From assembly GCF_009834535.1 (NCBI RefSeq), contig NC_045696.1:74338001-74402000 (forward strand): a stretch of 64,000 nt of DNA. Direction: 5' to 3'. Of this stretch, positions 35,640 to 47,650 are shown in pieces; position 1 is the stretch's first letter, and each line of letters starts with the position of its first letter. Both the position numbers and the translations under genes were made by a program. The notes under the pieces are model-generated. The model did no database searches, was not told the origin of the DNA, and saw only the letters and a list, made by a program, of their open reading frames with translations. The DNA is from Camelus ferus (Eukaryota).

Positions 35640-36750
35640 ATACCAGCACCACTAACTGACCACCTCTGCCTGATCCAACTCAAAGTCAACATGTTTCAAA
35701 CTGGATTCATTATCACCACCAATAACTTCCATAAAGCCTGCCTCATCTTCTGTTTTCCTGAATTATTTAATAGCACCACCACCTACTCAATTACCTGAAA
35801 CCTGGGACCCATCCTCTCCTCTTTCTCCCTCATCCATGCCTCTTTTTCTCTCACTCCTCAAATTAAATCTAAATGCTTGAGCACTTGCTTCCTAACTTAC
35901 TCATGCTCTGCCCTGTCTTTCCCCCCTCCTCACAGCCACCATCTTCAATCACTCTATTGTCTTTATCTGAAGAGTCCCTATAGTGCCTCAGCTAGCCCTT
36001 TTGCTGTCAGGGTCACACGTATCTTACCAACCTTTACTACAGCATTAATTTGATCATGTCACCCTTCTGTCTAAAGTCCTTTCAAGGTACACCATCATCT
36101 ATAGCAGTGTTTTTCCAAGTGCAGCCTTCTCTGGAATAGTTATCTAGAATGCTTGTTAAAAATACGGATTCCTGGAACCCACTACAGCCCGACTGAATCA
36201 GGCTCCATGAAGGTAAGGCCTGGGAATCTGCACTTTAACACTCGGCAGGTGAATTTAGTGCACACTGACATGTGGAAAACACTGGCCTCCAAAATAAGAT
36301 AGGACTTATAAGGCCTACTTATCTGGCCTTCTCACTTACAACTTCCCCATAAGCACCCTGGCCTCTAGTCTTGCTAAATTTTGGTGCTTCCCCAAATGAC
36401 ACCCAAGCTTGCGTGCCTCTGGCCTTCTCTAATGATCTCTCTGAACAGAAAACTCACCATCTCATCTACCATCTCATCTACTTAGTGAATACTTGCTCAT
36501 CCTTCGAAACTAAGTTACAAGAGTTAAAGCCATATCTCCTACAAGGAGTCTTCCCTGAGTCTCCAGGGCTGGGGTACCTACCTTCCTCTCTGTTTTCCTA
36601 GCACCCCACACCTATTCAGATGTCCGTCTCACCTCCCCTCACCTTGCTTTCTGGTGAGTTCCCTTGGCTGTGTCTTGTTCATCTTTTTAACCCCGGCCCT
36701 TAGCACAGAGCCTGCTCACTGTAGGCAAACAATACGTGTTGCATTAAGTC
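35640..36750 (+). mobile_element. L2 3' portion interrupted by MER5A
   Basis: actcaaagtcaacatgtttcaaactggattcatt, tttgatcatgtcacccttctg, cttagcacagagcctgctcactgtaggc. Confidence 0.85.
36105..36284. mobile_element. Full-length MER5A with intact TIRs
   Basis: TIRs CAGTGTTTTTCCA (36105) and TGGAAAACACTG (to 36284); body gaatgcttgttaaaaatacggattcctgg...gactgaatcag...gggaatctgcactttaac. Confidence 0.92.
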
Positions 36751-39419
36751 ACAAATCACTGAACTAACTGATCTTTGAATTAGCCTGAAATTATCTGTTT
36801 GGTTTGATTTAAACTTCTAGAGATTCCCATAGACCAGCAGAGATTGAGCATCTTATCCCAGCTCTTTAAAGATGGAATTAAATTAAATTATGAAAATGGA
36901 ATATTTCCTTTAGAAACCAACTAATCCTGAGTAATGCACTCAACTTCCTGTCTGATTAATATCAAAAAGGGAGGGAGGCAGATATGCAGAACCAAAGAAA
37001 CAGTATGAGCCAGCAAGCAAAAGAAGTGGACCCCAGGCCTCTTACTCCCTAACTAGTGAATGATTTGGGGAACACCTCCTGATCGCTGTGCGTCCATTTT
37101 CTCATCCACAGGAGGACTAAACAGAATCTTAATATTATTTTATAACTCTAAACTAAAATTTAGTAAATTTGCATTTTGAGATATTACTTAATGCAAGAAA
37201 AAAGCAATTTCAATAAATGATATGCCAAGTTTGACATATATTTATGAAACTGGATTTTGGTAGGAAAAAACTATACCATAACATTAGACTTTACCAACTT
37301 TACCAAAACATTAGACTAATATTATATTTTCTCTACATTTTTCTACTTAGTTGTAATATTTGGTCATACAGGCTTAGATTTTTCTTTTATTAGTTGTGTG
37401 ATTTGCTTATTATGTGAAATGACAATCGTCTGTTACTCACCCCCATGAATTATGTTATGATGAGTAAAATGAATGCCATAGCAGTATTTGACTAAGAAGA
37501 TGATCTTCACATTTTCCTCATGGTTTCAAAGACACGGGGAAAATTTTTGAGTGGAGTATCAGTACAAGTTATTGCACTCCCTACCTGTGTGACAAGTTTC
37601 TGGGCCTCTCCAAGCATCTCAGAGTAGAAAACTGAAATGTATAATAAGTCATACAAAAGCCTGACTTTTTTATTTCTGACTCTTAACAATCAGAACATGG
37701 ATCTGTTGCCAAATTTGAACACTGGATTCTCTGCTTAAGAAATACCCTTATATTATTGAGGGTGAAAAAGAGTTGCTCACAATACCCAATTAATGCAGTG
37801 TCTCATTAAAACAGAGGCTAGCACGTCTCCTTTTTAAAACTTCTACAACAAGATTACCATAATGGAAATTATACCCTCAAACCAATTAATGGATTAAGTT
37901 AGTTGCAGTGAGAAGTATTTCTGTTTCCTTTCATCTATCTCATTTCCTCAGTGAACCCCAAGGAAATGTAGATACTGGTGTCCTGCTCATCTGATCCAGC
38001 TGCAGAGCCTTTGTAACTGCCTTTGGTATACCCATTTAGGGGGGATTGAGAACAATTATGATGATAAATAAAACTGGGAAACTAGACCCTACAGCTATGC
38101 TTGCCTTTTTGAAAATTTAAAATAAGAGGACCTTGTAAGTCAAAAGTAGAGACCAGAAACTAGCACTCTAACCAGAGCTAGGAGCTCCCTTTTATAGGAA
38201 GCTATCATGTTTAATATCTGGGGCAGTGAAAGTTTTTGACTAACACTGATTTATAAGAGAATAAACAAAGCTGACCAAATGGGAGGAATGTTGATGCACT
38301 TATTCATGCATCCTTTAAGTAAGCATGATTGTACAAGTGAATCACAATCTACATAAAAATCCTAAAAATCCGGCGACTTAGAGTTCAAATTCTTGCCTTC
38401 ATTCCCAGCTATGACTCTGTATGGCCTTAAATAGCCTATGTGATCCATTTGAAGGCCCTCTCGACAGCTTGTAGGATGCTACCCCACTTAGTCATGAAAA
38501 AGATTGTCACTTCTTCCTTCTCACTTCCCACCCCCTTATGCACACAATTAAAATAGACCCCAATATACAGAGCTCGAAGAAATGCTTTCACTTGTTGACC
38601 ATTCACACCTGTTTGTGAAACGTAGTTGCACTGATCTCTGAGGCTCCAAATGCCTTTAAAAGAGCAACCTAGACGCTCTATCTCTGCTGTCCTGGATCAC
38701 AACGAAAATCCCAGACTGCTTGAACAAACTGAATCTGCAACAATTTCCAAGAGCCATTCTAGAGGCAGGGGGAGCCCTTTGAGAAGCATAGCAACTGGAT
38801 GTCACCAGCCAGGACAGGCAGGCATGGATGACAGGCTTGTTGGGAACAGTCTAAATACTGTACTGCGAGCCTTCTGTGAATTGGTGTGCTGCTGTTCAGA
38901 GCAGCAGCCAGTCTCCTGTCACAAAGAAAAACTGAACAGTTGTCCAGGCCAACAGAAGCCCTTCTCCTCCCTGAAAACAGACCAAGCAAAAGGCAGGTTT
39001 AGAAAGAGTTTCACAGTCACCAATGTTTGCATTGTCTTTAACCAGAACTTTTCACTTAAATTTTTTAAAAAATTGTGTTCTGATTTATATCATGGCTTGT
39101 GTTCATGGCACTGTTGTCAAGTCAGAAGGTCAGTTGATAATTACTAACAGATTATTAGTTACTTGGCAGTAATTGTCTGGTAACTGTCAGTTACAGCTGG
39201 TTAGTGGTAAAGCCGGACTGGCCTCTCACTGCTATAGTCAATGTTGTTTCCTTTAGAATACGCTTGCATGAACTACACACTGGCCAAAACAATTCCAGCC
39301 CATTCAACAATTTGTTAACAGAGAATTATCAAATGATGGGAAATTGTGAGTATAAAACTAATCATGGCGGCAATTACTACATATGTTTTGTTTTGTATTC
39401 ACAGAAGGTATATATGTTA

Positions 39420-39535
39420 TATAGGTGTGAATCAGAACACAGCCTTTGAAGGGAAAGGACAGTGTCATGTAATATCTATGTTCCATACAGTGCCTGACAC
39501 ACTATACAACCATAATAAATGTAAATCACTGAAAT
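39420..39535 (+). mobile_element. L2 3' terminus fragment
   Basis: tttgaagggaaaggacagtgtc...cagtgcctgacacactatacaaccataataaatg. Confidence 0.65.
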
Positions 39536-39541
39536 CCAATT

Positions 39542-39671
39542 NNNNNNNNNNNNNNNNNNNNNNNNNNNNNNNNNNNNNNNNNNNNNNNNNNNNNNNNNNN
39601 NNNNNNNNNNNNNNNNNNNNNNNNNNNNNNNNNNNNNNNNNNNNNNNNNNNNNNNNNNNNNNNNNNNNNNN
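39542..39671. other. Assembly gap (130 N)
   Basis: Run of N. Confidence 1.
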
Positions 39672-41749
39672 CTTCCTTCTTCATCTTACTTTTTCTTTAT
39701 TTTGAAATCTGATCCCTTTCTCTGAAACTAAATCTTTTTTGAAAGGTGTGTATCCAGCTCCTGTTGATAAAAGTATAAGCTCATTCATCCATTATCAAAT
39801 ATTTTTGAGCAGCTCTTTTTATAGAAGTGAAGCTTTATGACAATCACTCCTTTTAGGGAATTTTTAATTTATCTGAAAAGACACAAGAAACTTACACAGC
39901 AAGATAAGATTTAAATAAAATAAGAAATAACTCAAGAAGTTTCACAAGGCAATATAATTCAATGTGAAGTATATGGAAAATAAGGATTTAAAATTATGGC
40001 TCTGTTGCACGTGACTTATAGAGTAGCACACTCAGTTGAGGCCATATAGACAGTGTTTTGAATTAAGTATCAAAAAATAGTCCCCAATCAAATATAAAAG
40101 TTTAAAATTTTTTCTCTGCTGAAAAGGTTATCTTTTTACTGACCGCAGCTTTAAAACATATTTTAGAAACATATAAAGGGAGAGAAATCTGTGAAGGCAT
40201 CCTGGGGCTTGAATTAGTAATCTATGTATTCTTTTTTTCAGGGTTATTTCATAGCCTAGATGTTATGTGAGGAAAAGTGTCCCTTTCCCAACGCAGCAGA
40301 GAGGAAATTATTAGAGATATTTCTGTCTGGGGATAGGTAAACATTTAAGTTTGGTTAACTGCCAATTCAAGCTATTCATAAGTCAAAAATACAGTGGCAT
40401 AGTGGTTCTCCTGATTTCCTTCATACCAAAAAACTAGTCTCAAATCTGTAAACAAATCTTTTTTCCTTTTATCGTGACACAGCAATTTACCCCCTGGGGA
40501 GAATCTTTTATAGAAGTTAACCCAGTATAAAATTTCATTGTGGAAAAATAACTTCATACACAAATATAATATGTTAATAAACATTCTTTTTACACTAACA
40601 ATTTTAGTAATAAAATTTTCAGTTAAATATTTTTCTTCATGAATCAGTAATGCTCTATTCTTCAGAATCCCCATCGATTTAAGTGTATTGATTAACAGAG
40701 CAAACCCAGATGATAAATGCAAAATTACTTATATCTATAAAAAATGTTCAGACACTGATGCAAATAAATTAACTGAAATAATAAATACCAACATTTAAAA
40801 ATAATACTTTGCAACTAAATATAGTGTTTACATCCTAAAAGTGATTAAAAAAGAAGAATCCATCAGGAATCCTCTGAGTTGCTGATAGTTCAGCATCCTT
40901 CACCTTGGAGGTCAATGGCAAGGCCAGGCGTGTACTGAGAGCACAGTACTTCCAGAACTAACCCTGGTTCCGGCTGCTCTGGTGGTTACATCTGCTTCTT
41001 TTGAGAAATCAGCAATCATTTCAATCCTGTTCATCCCCAGACAGATAACCTAACCAGATTTACTCAAGGACAAATTAAACAACCAAATTAAAGGTCACTT
41101 GGGGATAGGAGTTCCGTGTTAGCACCTTGTAAGTCTCATCTGTTTCAACTTAGAAATCCCTTAGGCAGGATCATGAACATTCACATGTTGAGAGAAATGG
41201 ATATAGATATCAAAAGAATATTTCATAGCACTGAGCTGACATCTAGTAAATAGGAAGTTAACTTACACGTTAGAAATAGCAGTAAGGATTTATATAAAAC
41301 TTTGAATGCTATGATCTAACAATCGATTCAAGTCATTCCTCTCTGTGATATGACCTGCCACATTTTCCTGAGGATGAGATTGAGATCCTAGAATAAAATG
41401 AAGGATAGATTTGAGGACAAAAAGATAGAATATTTCATGCTGTTGGTGGTGATGGCATTACAGCATTTTACTTCTTGCTTTTTACAGAAAGATATGTTTT
41501 TTCCTCAATTTACTCATGCCCATCTGTTGTCTAAATCAGTTAGCCATTATTTTTCTGTCTCTATAAACTTAAGCCCAAATAGTTCCATTAAATTTTCTGT
41601 AATTTCACATGTTGATTATTCATTCCTCATTTACTCTTTTATTTATTTATTTATTATACACTGATTAAGTGCCTACTCTGCATCAAAAGTTCAGACCATT
41701 TGTTTCAAATCTCTCATATCATTGCTTTCGATTCTTCTAACTCGAGTCC

Positions 41750-41830
41750 TCTCTACAATTTGGTTTCCTCACCTGGATGTTGAGGAGATTAACATACAGA
41801 ATGGAGGGCCCCTCTCACTCTGAAATTCTA
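41750..41830 (+). mobile_element. MIR3-like fragment
   Basis: tttggtttcctcacctggatgttgaggaga...cccctctcactctgaaattcta. Confidence 0.6.
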
Positions 41831-43459
41831 GTTCAATACAAGACATCAGGGTTGTTGCTTTGTTTGGGATTTTAATAATACAGGATGATGATCACTTGAA
41901 GTAACATCTCATTGTATGAGACAGTTACGGATGCCTGTTCCCTGAATGGAGCTTCCTCTTCTTCTTCTGCTATACTGAGAACATATAGTATATAAATTTA
42001 CATCAGAATTTAAAAACGAAAACAAAAACAAAACCCTTATTTTGGAGAAAACACATTTTCTGTAAATCATAATTAAATTCCAGTAGCTCATTCTCTAACT
42101 TGGCGAAGATGGGATTTTGAGCCCAGAAAATCTGGCTCCAGAGTCCACCCTCTTGTTGCACAATATTATCAAACAAACATTTTTAAGCATTTACTAGAGG
42201 GTTAGCCACAGAGGATGCAAAGATGGACAAGGTATGGTCCTGTCCTCAAGGGGGTAACAGAGCCAACTTGTCTTTCAGCACAGCATTTCTCCAAGGCTTT
42301 GCGAAGGGAGAAAACAGAGCTCTTTCTGCCTGGAATCCCCACAGTCCTTCCCCTGTTCCTTTCTCACAGCACTTTTATAAGTGGGTTATTGTTATTTGTG
42401 TTCACCCCTCAGATCCCTTACTTGAAAGGGATGTGCCGTATTCATGTTTATACTCTATTGTTGATGCTGTAAAGTGGTTTTAAATAATGGAAAGAATACA
42501 CCAGTGTTTACATGTAGCCAGCATCTTATGGTAACTACAGTGCAAGGACGAAATGAGAGTTTTCGGTGAAATAGCTGCAACTGCAGCAGCAAAATCGCCA
42601 TAATAGCCCCAAATGGTTTCTGGGTGCTGGGGTCTTTTTCTCCCCCTCGCAGAAGAAAACGAATTTAGTGGAAAGAGATTTGCCTTATTTTTTCAGTAAG
42701 TACCTATAAGATAGAGCACATTTTTTACTACACATTTTTAAGACTATCCTTATATGACTTAAGAGTTTAGCCAGACTACTTTCTGTGGTTTTTGTTGTTT
42801 TTGTTTTTGACAAGTCTCCAGATTTAAATTTCTGACATGCTTGCTGGAAACTATAACCTCTTAGTTTGCTTTTAAAGTTTTAATTAAAGTAATAGCTCTG
42901 CATGCCTGTAATTTGAGTCTCCTTTCTTTGCCCATCCTGGGCACTAAAGTCACGTACATTGTACACTGCCCCTTAATTGAAGCACAGAATCAGAAGGATG
43001 GTTCCTTTCTCAACTAACAGTTTCCTAAGAGAGGCCTGCTGACATGTCACAGGAAACATAAAACGAATTTCATTCATTTTCATTCTGCTCTCAGACTCTT
43101 CAAGGGCATAAGCTTGGACAGGTTATCATGTTGCCCATCCAACGATGCTAAGACTTCTCAGTGCCGTCAGTGCACGCTGGCAGTTCTGGCAGCTCACAGT
43201 GGAATATGATAGACAGACGTGCTGGAGAAGTTCAATAAAACTTAAGAGGCAATTACTAAACTAAGATTTGATTTCTTTTTCTGACCATAAAGTCGTATAT
43301 GCTCATTGTAGAAAATTTGGATGATAAAGAAATACAAAATCATCCATAATATGATAATTATTAATTTTTAGTCATTTTTCCTGGACTATTCTTTCTGTAA
43401 GCGGAGATGAGTATCCTCAGGATACTATGAAATACTAATTATATTTCATTCCTGTTGTA

Positions 43460-43570
43460 TGAATAATAATCAAAATAGCCAACATTTACAGGATGCTTAC
43501 TATATGCCAGGCATTCTACTGAGCTTGTCATATACATTAATGAACTTAACTGGAAATGAACTTCTGAAGG
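43460..43570 (-). mobile_element. MIR 3' fragment
   Basis: atagccaacatttacaggatgcttactatatgccaggcattctactgagc. Confidence 0.75.
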
Positions 43571-44789
43571 AATACTTTGTAGTTCCAAGTTATGGTAGAA
43601 GACACCAGATAGAGTCAAGATAAATGGTCTTAGCAAATGATCCAAAAATTATGGAAAATGAGTATAAAAATGATAAATTAAAAATTAAGACATGATTTTA
43701 AGGAATTTTATAATAAAACTAAAAATTTTAAGGATAGTAAAACTTAAACTTACATATTTTTAAGGATTAAGTTATGTTATCCAAAAAATGTTCTTTGCCA
43801 TCATTTTGAGTAACTGAGACCTAATCTCAAGGTGAGAAAAATGAAACTACTGTGAATTTTAAACACACATGTGCGTGCATACAGAAACTTACACTCATAT
43901 GTGTTGCATTTAATGCTTGAACATGACTAAATGTATCATGGACAATACACTGTTGTGCATTTTCTTTATTAAAAAACCAAGCATTTATAGTTTCGTATTT
44001 GTCTAAAGTCATTCTTACATATTTAATTATATAACAATAACTACTAACTTACTCAAAGGAACAAAACTCATCATTTTTCCTAAAAGGAAAACAATCTAGA
44101 AAAAAGTACGGCTATGAAAACTACAGAAAGCTCAGTTGAGAACCATTTGCAGTTTCTTACTGAAGATTGCTAAATAATTAAAAAAGAAATATCCTTAGTA
44201 ATCCTTAATTGTGAAAAGAATTCTATTCTTAGGTCTGATGAATGAATGCCTGATTTTTTCATTGTGATACAGAGAGATACATTTTAAAGTTAACTCTGCA
44301 TCTCAAAGGATAATTTGATAATGTAAAGTCAGGATATCTTTAAAATAAAAACATTTTAAAAGTATTACCATAGGTAATCTAAAATATTCTTCCCATGTAT
44401 GATATATATCCCATGTACTAGAATTTATCATTCTCTCACAGTATATACATATCCCATAAAATGAGGATCATTAACCTTTCTATTTCCTCCTTGTAGTTGA
44501 ACTCTTTTGTCCTCACTTTATGAACACTGTTAAACTCTCTTTATGTCCTCACCTTTTAATTTAATTTAATTTAATTTATTTGTTTGTACTCACCTTTTTA
44601 AATAAAGCATATTAAACATAAACTTAAACAAAATTCAGCCCTTTTTTTGTAGTACCTGAACCAGGGTCAACATTTTATAAATCAATTCTCCTTGCTGAGT
44701 ACTGTAATCATATAATTCTTCTAAAGAAGATACTGGGCTTAAATGGCACTGACTCCAAAACAAAACCTACCAGTTTGGGGTTGTTGCTT

Positions 44790-44816
44790 TCCATTCATTC
44801 ATTCATTCATTCATTT
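44790..44816. repeat. (TTCA)n microsatellite
   Basis: ttccattcattcattcattcattcatt. Confidence 0.9.
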
Positions 44817-46732
44817 ATAATAAAATCTCTATTATCAGTTTGTTATGGTAGAGATGGTGGGGTAAGGGGTTATTTGCCTCTTTCTCATAAAAAGATTGTA
44901 CAAAAGTACTCTACTTAATTGCATATTGTTTTGTGCTAGTGTTCGGGTAACCTTAAATGGATCGCAGTTGATGTTAGCATTAAAATACCGATAAGGCAAA
45001 ATATCTACCTATGATCGTAACATTTACAAATAAATTAAATTGGGAATCCTTTTCTTCTTTACTCATCTCAGAGTAGTTTTTAGAAGTCTAATTACAGATC
45101 ATATCACTACCCTGTGAGGGGCTATTTACCAAACCTGGGACAAATGAGATTACCATGAAGGTGATGGATATAAAGCCATTTAAGGATTAAGTTATTTTAG
45201 GCTCCATGAGTCTCTTCCACTAGGCAAATTGCCATGAGATGATAAAAGGAGAAAATAAAATTAAGGGGACAAGATTGTTTTCTTTCTATACGGATTCCAG
45301 CTGCCACGTTCAATATTGAATTTTATGGTTTCTTCTCAGGCAGACAGTGCTAAGAAGCTGTGCTCATCCTCATTCTTACCTTCGGCGCGTGGTTGCTTTC
45401 TGTCTTTGAAAAACTCTTACTCTTTCCAGTCTTCTGGAGTTTAAAAAATCACCCTTTAAATGAGGTCTGTTGTCATTTCTTTGAAAAGGAAAAAAGACAA
45501 GGGGAGGAAGGACTGGACGGAAGAGCTAGCGAGGGATAACTCAGGAATTGAAATTTACAGTTCAGTCTTGAGAAGTAAAAGACTGCATTAGCAAACCAGA
45601 TCTTATTTGCATTCAAAATCAAGTATCCTGCTTCCTTTAAAGTCACTTAAGCAAATTATCACAAAGACCTACTAAATAGAGCTCTTTATAATTTTCTATA
45701 ATGGCAAAAGATGGAAAGGAGAAGGTCACATTATCAAAATGCTTGGCAACTTCTGAAATATTAAGTATCTTAGAACCATAAATCCCATGCATTTCCCCAG
45801 TCATCTTTTCAGGAGAGGATGCTACGGTTTTCTTACAATATAGCTTACACTGCCCTTTTTGGTAATTAGTATAATTTGACACATTTTAAGATAATGAAGC
45901 CACCTGCTTTGAATAGCTAAATCACCATTAATGCTTAAAAGCTTTTCTCTCAGCAACAAAAAGATATAAAGGAACTCCTAATCCAACTCTGCTTTTGAAG
46001 TTTCCTTTCCCAGGTAATATTTAGAATCATCATGATTTGGATTTCAATAATACACTGTAATTGACAGCTCACGTTGTTTTAGGTGGAGACCACCAAGGAA
46101 GTTTTTCAAGGTGTATTAGTCTCATGTAGTTCACGGAGTATTAACAGGAGGGAAGGGAAAATGTGGATGGATGCAGTCTTCTTCCCCTGTGTTCAGGCCT
46201 GTGTGAGGTGCTGTCACTTTTGCACGTTATTTAAATGGCATGTCTTCCTCAAGGCCACGTGACCTAATCAGTGGAGGACCCTCTACTGAACTCAGGTGTC
46301 CTATTGACCAGCACCCTTTCCACTACTTGCCAATTCTCTGTTATTATTTAACCTATTTCATAAGGGAGATTAAAAAGGAGTAATGTTAAAGGAGAGACTT
46401 TTTAATACTTCAGTGAATCACAGAAAATTGAGAATTGTTAGTGCCACAAAATGTATACAGGAAGAGACCTTTGGGACAATGAGATATGGCAAAGATGAAT
46501 GACATGACATTTTTATTCAGATAAAAGTATAAGATTGGTACCAGATGAGAAAGAAGACGCTAGCTGAAGAATGTCAGTTTTAGACGTGTTTTAATTTCAT
46601 TTGCCTTAAATGTATGTGAACTAGGAGAAAACATCAGTTGCTGAGCCATTTGATAAACTACCCCTATAATTCAGTTTTGCTCCTCCAGACTAATTGTTAT
46701 ATTTTCTCAGTGGACAATTAATAGAGTCAACA

Positions 46733-46939
46733 CAAGTCTCTCAGCATCAGTACTATTAACATTTCAGGCTCCATGATTCTGCATTGTGGGGGCTGCCCTG
46801 TGCATTGTAGGGTGTTTAGCAGCATCCCTCCCATCCACCCACTAGATGCCAGTAGCACCCTCCCAGTTCTGACAAAACTATCTCTAGATGTTACCAAATA
46901 TCCCCTGGGGGCAAAATCATCCCCTGTGGAGAACCACTG
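46733..46939 (-). mobile_element. MER20 hAT-Charlie element, near full length
   Basis: ggggctgccctgtgcattgtagggtgtttagcagcatccct...cactagatgccagtagcaccc...cccctgggggcaaaatcatcccctgtggagaaccactg is the reverse complement of MER20 consensus. Confidence 0.95.
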
Positions 46940-46944
46940 GAGTA

Positions 46945-47650
46945 AAAAACCATTTACCGAGCATGTAGAAGTAGGCTGGGCATATAGAAGTGAACTAAAC
47001 AAAGACCCTGCTTTCATAGAAATTGTAATCTAGTGAGGGAGTCAGGGAGGAAAAGACTAAATTATATAATGCAGTGGCAAGTGCTGAAAAGAAAAATAAG
47101 GCAGGATAAGAGCATAAAGAATGATGTGGTTGATACTAGGATCAGCGCTCTCCAAGGAGGTGTCTTGAGCAGACACCTAAAGTGAGATGTGAATATCTGA
47201 AGGAACAGTGTTTCAGGTGGATGGAATAGCAAGTGGGAGGGCCCTGAGGCAGGACCAGTTTGGAATGTCTGAGTATAGCAAGGGGCCAGTTGTTGCTAGA
47301 GCTGAGTAGGGAAGTGAAAAGAAGTAAAGGGTAAAGTACCAGAGGCAGGCAAAGGCCAGATCATGCAGAGACTTCTAGATTAGTTCTGCCCAACAGAACT
47401 TACTACCATGATGAAAATTTTTCATGTATTGTACTGCCCAAAACAGTAGCCACTGACCACATGTGGCTGTTGAGCATTTGAAATATGGCAACTGTAACTG
47501 AGAAACTGAATTTTTCATTTTATTTAATTTTAATTGATTAAAATGTACATAGATATGAGTGATGAGCTACTATATTAAACAGTGCAAGTCTAGACGTTAA
47601 GGACTTTGAATTTTATTCTGAATATGATTTTTTAAAAAACTACCAACACA
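46945..47650 (-). mobile_element. L2 3' fragment interrupted by MER3
   Basis: catttaccgagcatg...gaccctgctttcataga...ggccctgaggcaggacc...ggccagatcatgcagag, resuming gttaaggactttgaattttattctga. Confidence 0.88.
47381..47587. mobile_element. MER3 hAT-Charlie element
   Basis: gtagccactgaccacatgtggctgttgagcatttgaaatatggc...gaaactgaatttttcattttatttaattttaatt; flanks ttctagat / gtctagac (NTCTAGAN TSD). Confidence 0.92.

Noticed and set aside
38650-39147. 165-aa ATG-initiated ORF in unique intronic sequence
   Set aside because: No recognisable domain, no promoter or splice context, and one ORF this long is plausible by chance in 64 kb. PhyloCSF or Ribo-seq support would be needed to revive it.
19875-39705. 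ORFs containing long X runs (four gap regions)
   Set aside because: Artefacts of translating through N gaps.
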